Positions 60,290 through 64,000 of a stretch of DNA of 64,000 nt are shown in pieces. The stretch comes from Macrostomum lignano (Eukaryota). Each line of letters opens with the position of its first letter. Position 1 is the stretch's first letter. The DNA lies in assembly GCA_002269645.1 (NCBI GenBank), contig NIVC01000658.1, forward strand, positions 248,001 through 312,000, in the 5' to 3' direction. Below the pieces are notes generated by a model that saw only the letters and a list, made by a program, of their open reading frames with translations, did no database searches and was not told the DNA's origin. Made by a program: the position numbers and the translations under genes.

Positions 60290-62245
60290 GAATCTCTCCT
60301 CTTCCTGTCTCATCTCTTCTTCCCTGTCTCCTCTCTTCTTCCCTGCCTCCTTCCTCCTCTTCCTGTCTCATCTCTTCTTCCCTGTCTCCTCCCTCCTCTC
60401 CCTGTCTCCTCTCTCCTCTCCCTGTCTCCTCTCTCCTCTCCCTGTCTCCTCTCTCCTCACCCTGTCTCCTCTCTCCTCTCCCTGTCTCCTCTCTCCTCTC
60501 CCTGTCTCCTCTCTCCTCACCCTGTCTCCTCTCTCCTCTCCCTGTCTCCTCCCTCCTCTCCCTGTCTCATCTCTTCTTCCCTGTCTCCTCCCTCCTCTCC
60601 CTGTCTCATCTCTTCTTCCCTGTCTCCTCCCTCCTCTTCCTGTCTCATCTCTTCTTCCCTGTCTCCTCCCTCCTCTCCCTGTCTCTTCTCTTCTTCCCTG
60701 TCTCCTCTCTTCTTCCCTGTCTCCTTCCTCCTCTTCCTGTCTCAACTCTTCTTCCCTGTCTCCTCCCTCCTCTCCCTGTCTCATCTCTTCTTCCCTGTCT
60801 CCTCCCTCCTCTCCCTGTCTCTTCTCTTCTTCCCTGTCTCCTCTCTTCTTCCCTGTCTCCTCCCTCCTCTTCCTGTCTCATCTCTTCTTCCCTGTCTCCT
60901 CCCTCCTCTCCCTGTCACATCTCTTCTTCCCTGTCTCCTCCCTCCTCTCCCTGTCTCTTCTCTTCTTCCCTGTCTCCTCTCTTCTTCCCTGTCTCCTTCC
61001 TCCTCTTCCTGTCTCATCTCTTCTTCCCTGTCTCCTCCCTCCTCTCCCTGTCTCATCTCTTCTTCCCTGTCTCCTCCCTCCTCTCCCTGTCTCATCTCTT
61101 CTTCCCTGTCTCCTCCCTCCTCTCCCTGTCTCCTCTCTCCTCACCCTGTCTCCTCTCTCCTCTCCCTGTCTCCTCTCTCCTCACCCTGTCTCCTCTCTCC
61201 TCTCCCTGTCTCCTCCCTCCTCTCCCTGTCTCCTCCCTCCTCTCCCTGTCTCCTCCCTCCTCTCCCTGTCTCCTCCCTCCTCTCCCTGTCTCATCTCTTC
61301 TTCCCTGTCTGCTCCCTCCTCTTCCTGTCTCATCTCTTCTTCCCTGTCTCCTCCCTCCTCTCCCTGTCTCTTCTCTTCTTCCCTGTCTCCTCTCTTCTTC
61401 CCTGTCTCCTTCCTCCTCTTCCTGTCTCATCTCTTCTTCCCTGTCTCCTCCCTCCTCTCCGTGTCTCCTCTCTCCTCTCCCTGTCTCCTCTCTCCTCTCC
61501 CTGTCTCCTCTCTCCTCTCCCTGTCTCATCTCTTCTTCCCTGTCTCCTCCCTCCTCTCCCTGTCTCATCTCTTCTTCCCTGTCTCCTCCCTCCTCTCCCT
61601 GTCTCATCTCTTCTTCCCTGTCTCCTCCCTCCTCTTCCTGTCTCATCTCTTCTTCCCTGTCTCCTCCCTCCTCTCCCTATCTCTTCTCTTCTTCCCTGTC
61701 TCCTCTCTTCTTCCCTGTCTCCTTCCTCCTCTTCCTGTCTCATCTCTTCTTCCCTGTCTCCTCCCTCCTCTCCCTATCTCTTCTCTTCTTCCCTGTCTCA
61801 TCTCTTCTTCCCTGTCTCCTCCCTCCTCTCCCTGTCTCATCTCTTCTTCCCTGTCTCCTCCCTCCTCTCCCTGTCTCATCTCTTCTTCCCTGTCTCCTCC
61901 CTCCTCTTCCTGTCTTATCTCTTCTTCCCTGTCTCCTCCCTCCTCTCCCTGTCTCATCTCTTCTTCCCTGTCTCCTCTCTTCTTCCCTGTCTCCTTCCTC
62001 CTCTTCCTGTCTCATCTCTTCTTCCCTGTCTTCTCCCTCCTCTCCCTGTCTCATCTCTTCTTCCCTGTCTCCTCCCTCCTCTCCCTGTCTCCTCTCTCCT
62101 CTCCCTGTCTCCTCTCTCCTCACCCTGTCTCCTCTCTCCTCTCCCTGTCTCCTCCCTCCTCTCCCTGTCTCCTCCCTCCTCTCCCTGTCTCATCTCTTCT
62201 TCCCTGTCTCCTCTCTCCTCTCCCTGTCTCCTCTCTCCTCTCCTC
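60290..62245. repeat. ~2-kb polypyrimidine minisatellite (CCCTGTCTCCTCTCTCCTCT / CCTGTCTCATCTCTTCTTC) upstream of TRIP12
   Basis: Direct reading; ORF 60274..62475 is its translation. Confidence 0.97.
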
Positions 62246-62273
62246 TATCCTCTCCCAATGACCACTCCTATAA

Positions 62274-62469
62274 AACCGCACCTGGTATAACTGTGCCACG
62301 AAGAAGCCCAACCGTGAGCTGGCTGTTGCAGAGACCCGAGACCGAGTGCACTGCTACCGCTGTGACCGCTGAAACCGGCAGTTGGGGCGGCAGCGGCGGC
62401 TGCTTTGACAGCGCCTTGATGACCTTGAGCTGTCTGAGATTGGCCAGATGCTATCGCAGCTTGATCTGT
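62274..62469 (+). pseudogene. Coding-like pseudo-exon with two in-frame TGA stops (NRTWYNCATKKPNRELAVAETRDRVHCYRCDR*NRQLGRQRRLL*QRLDDLELSEIGQMLSQLDL)
   Basis: GC3-rich codon pattern, CxxC motif, ends at a donor-like TG|GTTAGT; parent gene not recognised. Confidence 0.3.
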
Positions 62470-62634
62470 GGTTAGTCTGGCTCGCTTTTTAACCGGGACA
62501 GATCTGCGTGTGTAGTGGGAATATTTTTTATCAGTTTTGGCCTTCACAATCGCCACTTTGTGGATTGTGAAACATTTGCAGGAGGGCTGCAGGCACCCTG
62601 GCGCAATGCCTCCAGGGACATCCTCCCGCAACAG

Positions 62635-63600
62635 AGAAGCACTAAAGTGCAGAAGCACTAAAGTGCAGAAGCACTAAAGTGCAGAAGCACTAAAGTGCAG
62701 AAGCACTAAAGTGCAGAAGCACTAAAGTGCAGAAGCACTAAAGTGCAGAAGCACTAAAGTGCAGAAGCACTAAAGTGCAGAAGCACTAAAGTGCAGAAGC
62801 ACTAAAGTGCAGAAGCACTAAAGTGCAGAAGCACTAAAGTGCAGAAGCACTAAAGTGCAGAAGCACTAAAGTGCAGAAGCACTAAAGTGCAGAAGCACTA
62901 AAGTGCAGAAGCACTAAAGTGCAGAAGCACTAAAGTGCAGAAGCACTAAAGTGCAGAAGCACTAAAGTGCAGAAGCACTAAAGTGCAGAAGCACTAAAGT
63001 GCAGAAGCACTAAAGTGCAGAAGCACTAAAATGCAGAAGCACTAAAGTGCAGAAGCACTAAAGTGCAGAAGCACTAAAGTGCAGAAGCACTAAAGTGCAG
63101 AAGCACTAAAGTGCAGAAGCACTAAAGTGCAGAAGCACTAAAGTGCAGAAGCACTAAAGTGCAGAAGCACTAAAGTGCAGAAGCACTAAAGTGCAGAAGC
63201 ACTAAAGTGCAGAAGCACTAAAGTGCAGAAGCACTAAAGTGCAGAAGCACTAAAGTGCAGAAGCACTAAAGTGCAGAAGCACTAAAGTGCAGAAGCACTA
63301 AAGTGCAGAAGCACTAAAGTGCAGAAGCACTAAAGTGCAGAAGCAGTAAAGTGCAGAAGCAGTAAAGTGCAGAAGCAGTAAAGTGCAGAAGCACTAAAGT
63401 GCAGAAGCACTAAAGTGCAGAAGCAGTAAAGTGCAGAAGCACTAAAGTGCAGAAGCACTAAAGTGCAGAAGCAGTAAAGTGCAGAAGCAGTAAAGTGCAG
63501 AAGCACTAAAGTGCAGAAGCACTAAAGTGCAGAAGCACTAAAGTGCAGAAGCACTAAAGTGCAGAAGCACTAAACTGCAGAAGCACTAAAGTGCAGAAGC
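62635..63600. repeat. Highly homogeneous 16-bp minisatellite GCACTAAAGTGCAGAA, ~60 copies
   Basis: Direct reading. Confidence 0.98.
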
Positions 63601-63709
63601 GCACTCATACACACGCTCAAGCAGGGTCTACAGCGACCCTGACTCGAAATTGCAAGGCAGTTACACTCTGTGACTTGGGGGCTGGCCCTCCGGTACATCT
63701 AGTCAATGT

Positions 63710-64000
63710 CTTTAGAGATCTAGTCACTGTTCTCAGATCTAGTCATTGTTCTCAGATCTAGTCACTGTTCTCAGATCTAGTCATTGTTCTCAGATCTAGT
63801 CACTGTTCTCAGATCTAGTCATTGTTCTCAGATCTAGTCATTATTCTCAGATCTAGTCACTGTCCTCAGATCTAGTCAGTCTTTTAGAGATCCCGTCAAT
63901 GTCTTTAGAGATCTAGGCACTGTCCGCAGATCTAGTCACTGTCTTTAGAGATCTAGTCACCGTCTTTAGAAATCTAGCCACTGTCTTTAGAGATCTAGTC
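63710..64000. repeat. 19-bp minisatellite CTCAGATCTAGTCA(C/T)TGTT, running to the window edge
   Basis: Direct reading. Confidence 0.93.

Overview
Eukaryotic (animal) genomic DNA with GC-rich exons carrying poly-Ala/Gln/Gly/Asp runs, GT-AG introns, a (TTAGGG)n-type telomeric seed and a very high minisatellite load. The style is most consistent with a Macrostomum-type free-living flatworm; this is an inference, not a database match. Five gene models can be reconstructed by hand with phase-consistent splice sites: (1) the last two exons of a + strand gene ending in a CaaX box (1729-2739); (2) a - strand NR0B (DAX-1/SHP)-like nuclear receptor with no zinc-finger DBD (about 26629-18552); (3) a + strand trypsin-like S1A protease with an N-terminal 6-Cys defensin/clip-like module (about 31937-38624); (4) an unrecognised + strand gene (43512-45848); (5) a complete six-exon TRIP12/UFD4-type HECT E3 ligase (- strand, 60022-49821, about 2003 aa). 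Mobile DNA includes a 2.1-kb non-coding foldback element flanked by TTAA with 151-bp modular arms, two hAT MITEs with perfect 8-bp TSDs, a decayed DD34D mariner with TA TSDs, and smaller palindromic elements. Almost every intron holds its own minisatellite. Most long ORFs in the supplied track are translations of these arrays and are not genes. All homology calls come from motif recognition by eye; no searches were run.
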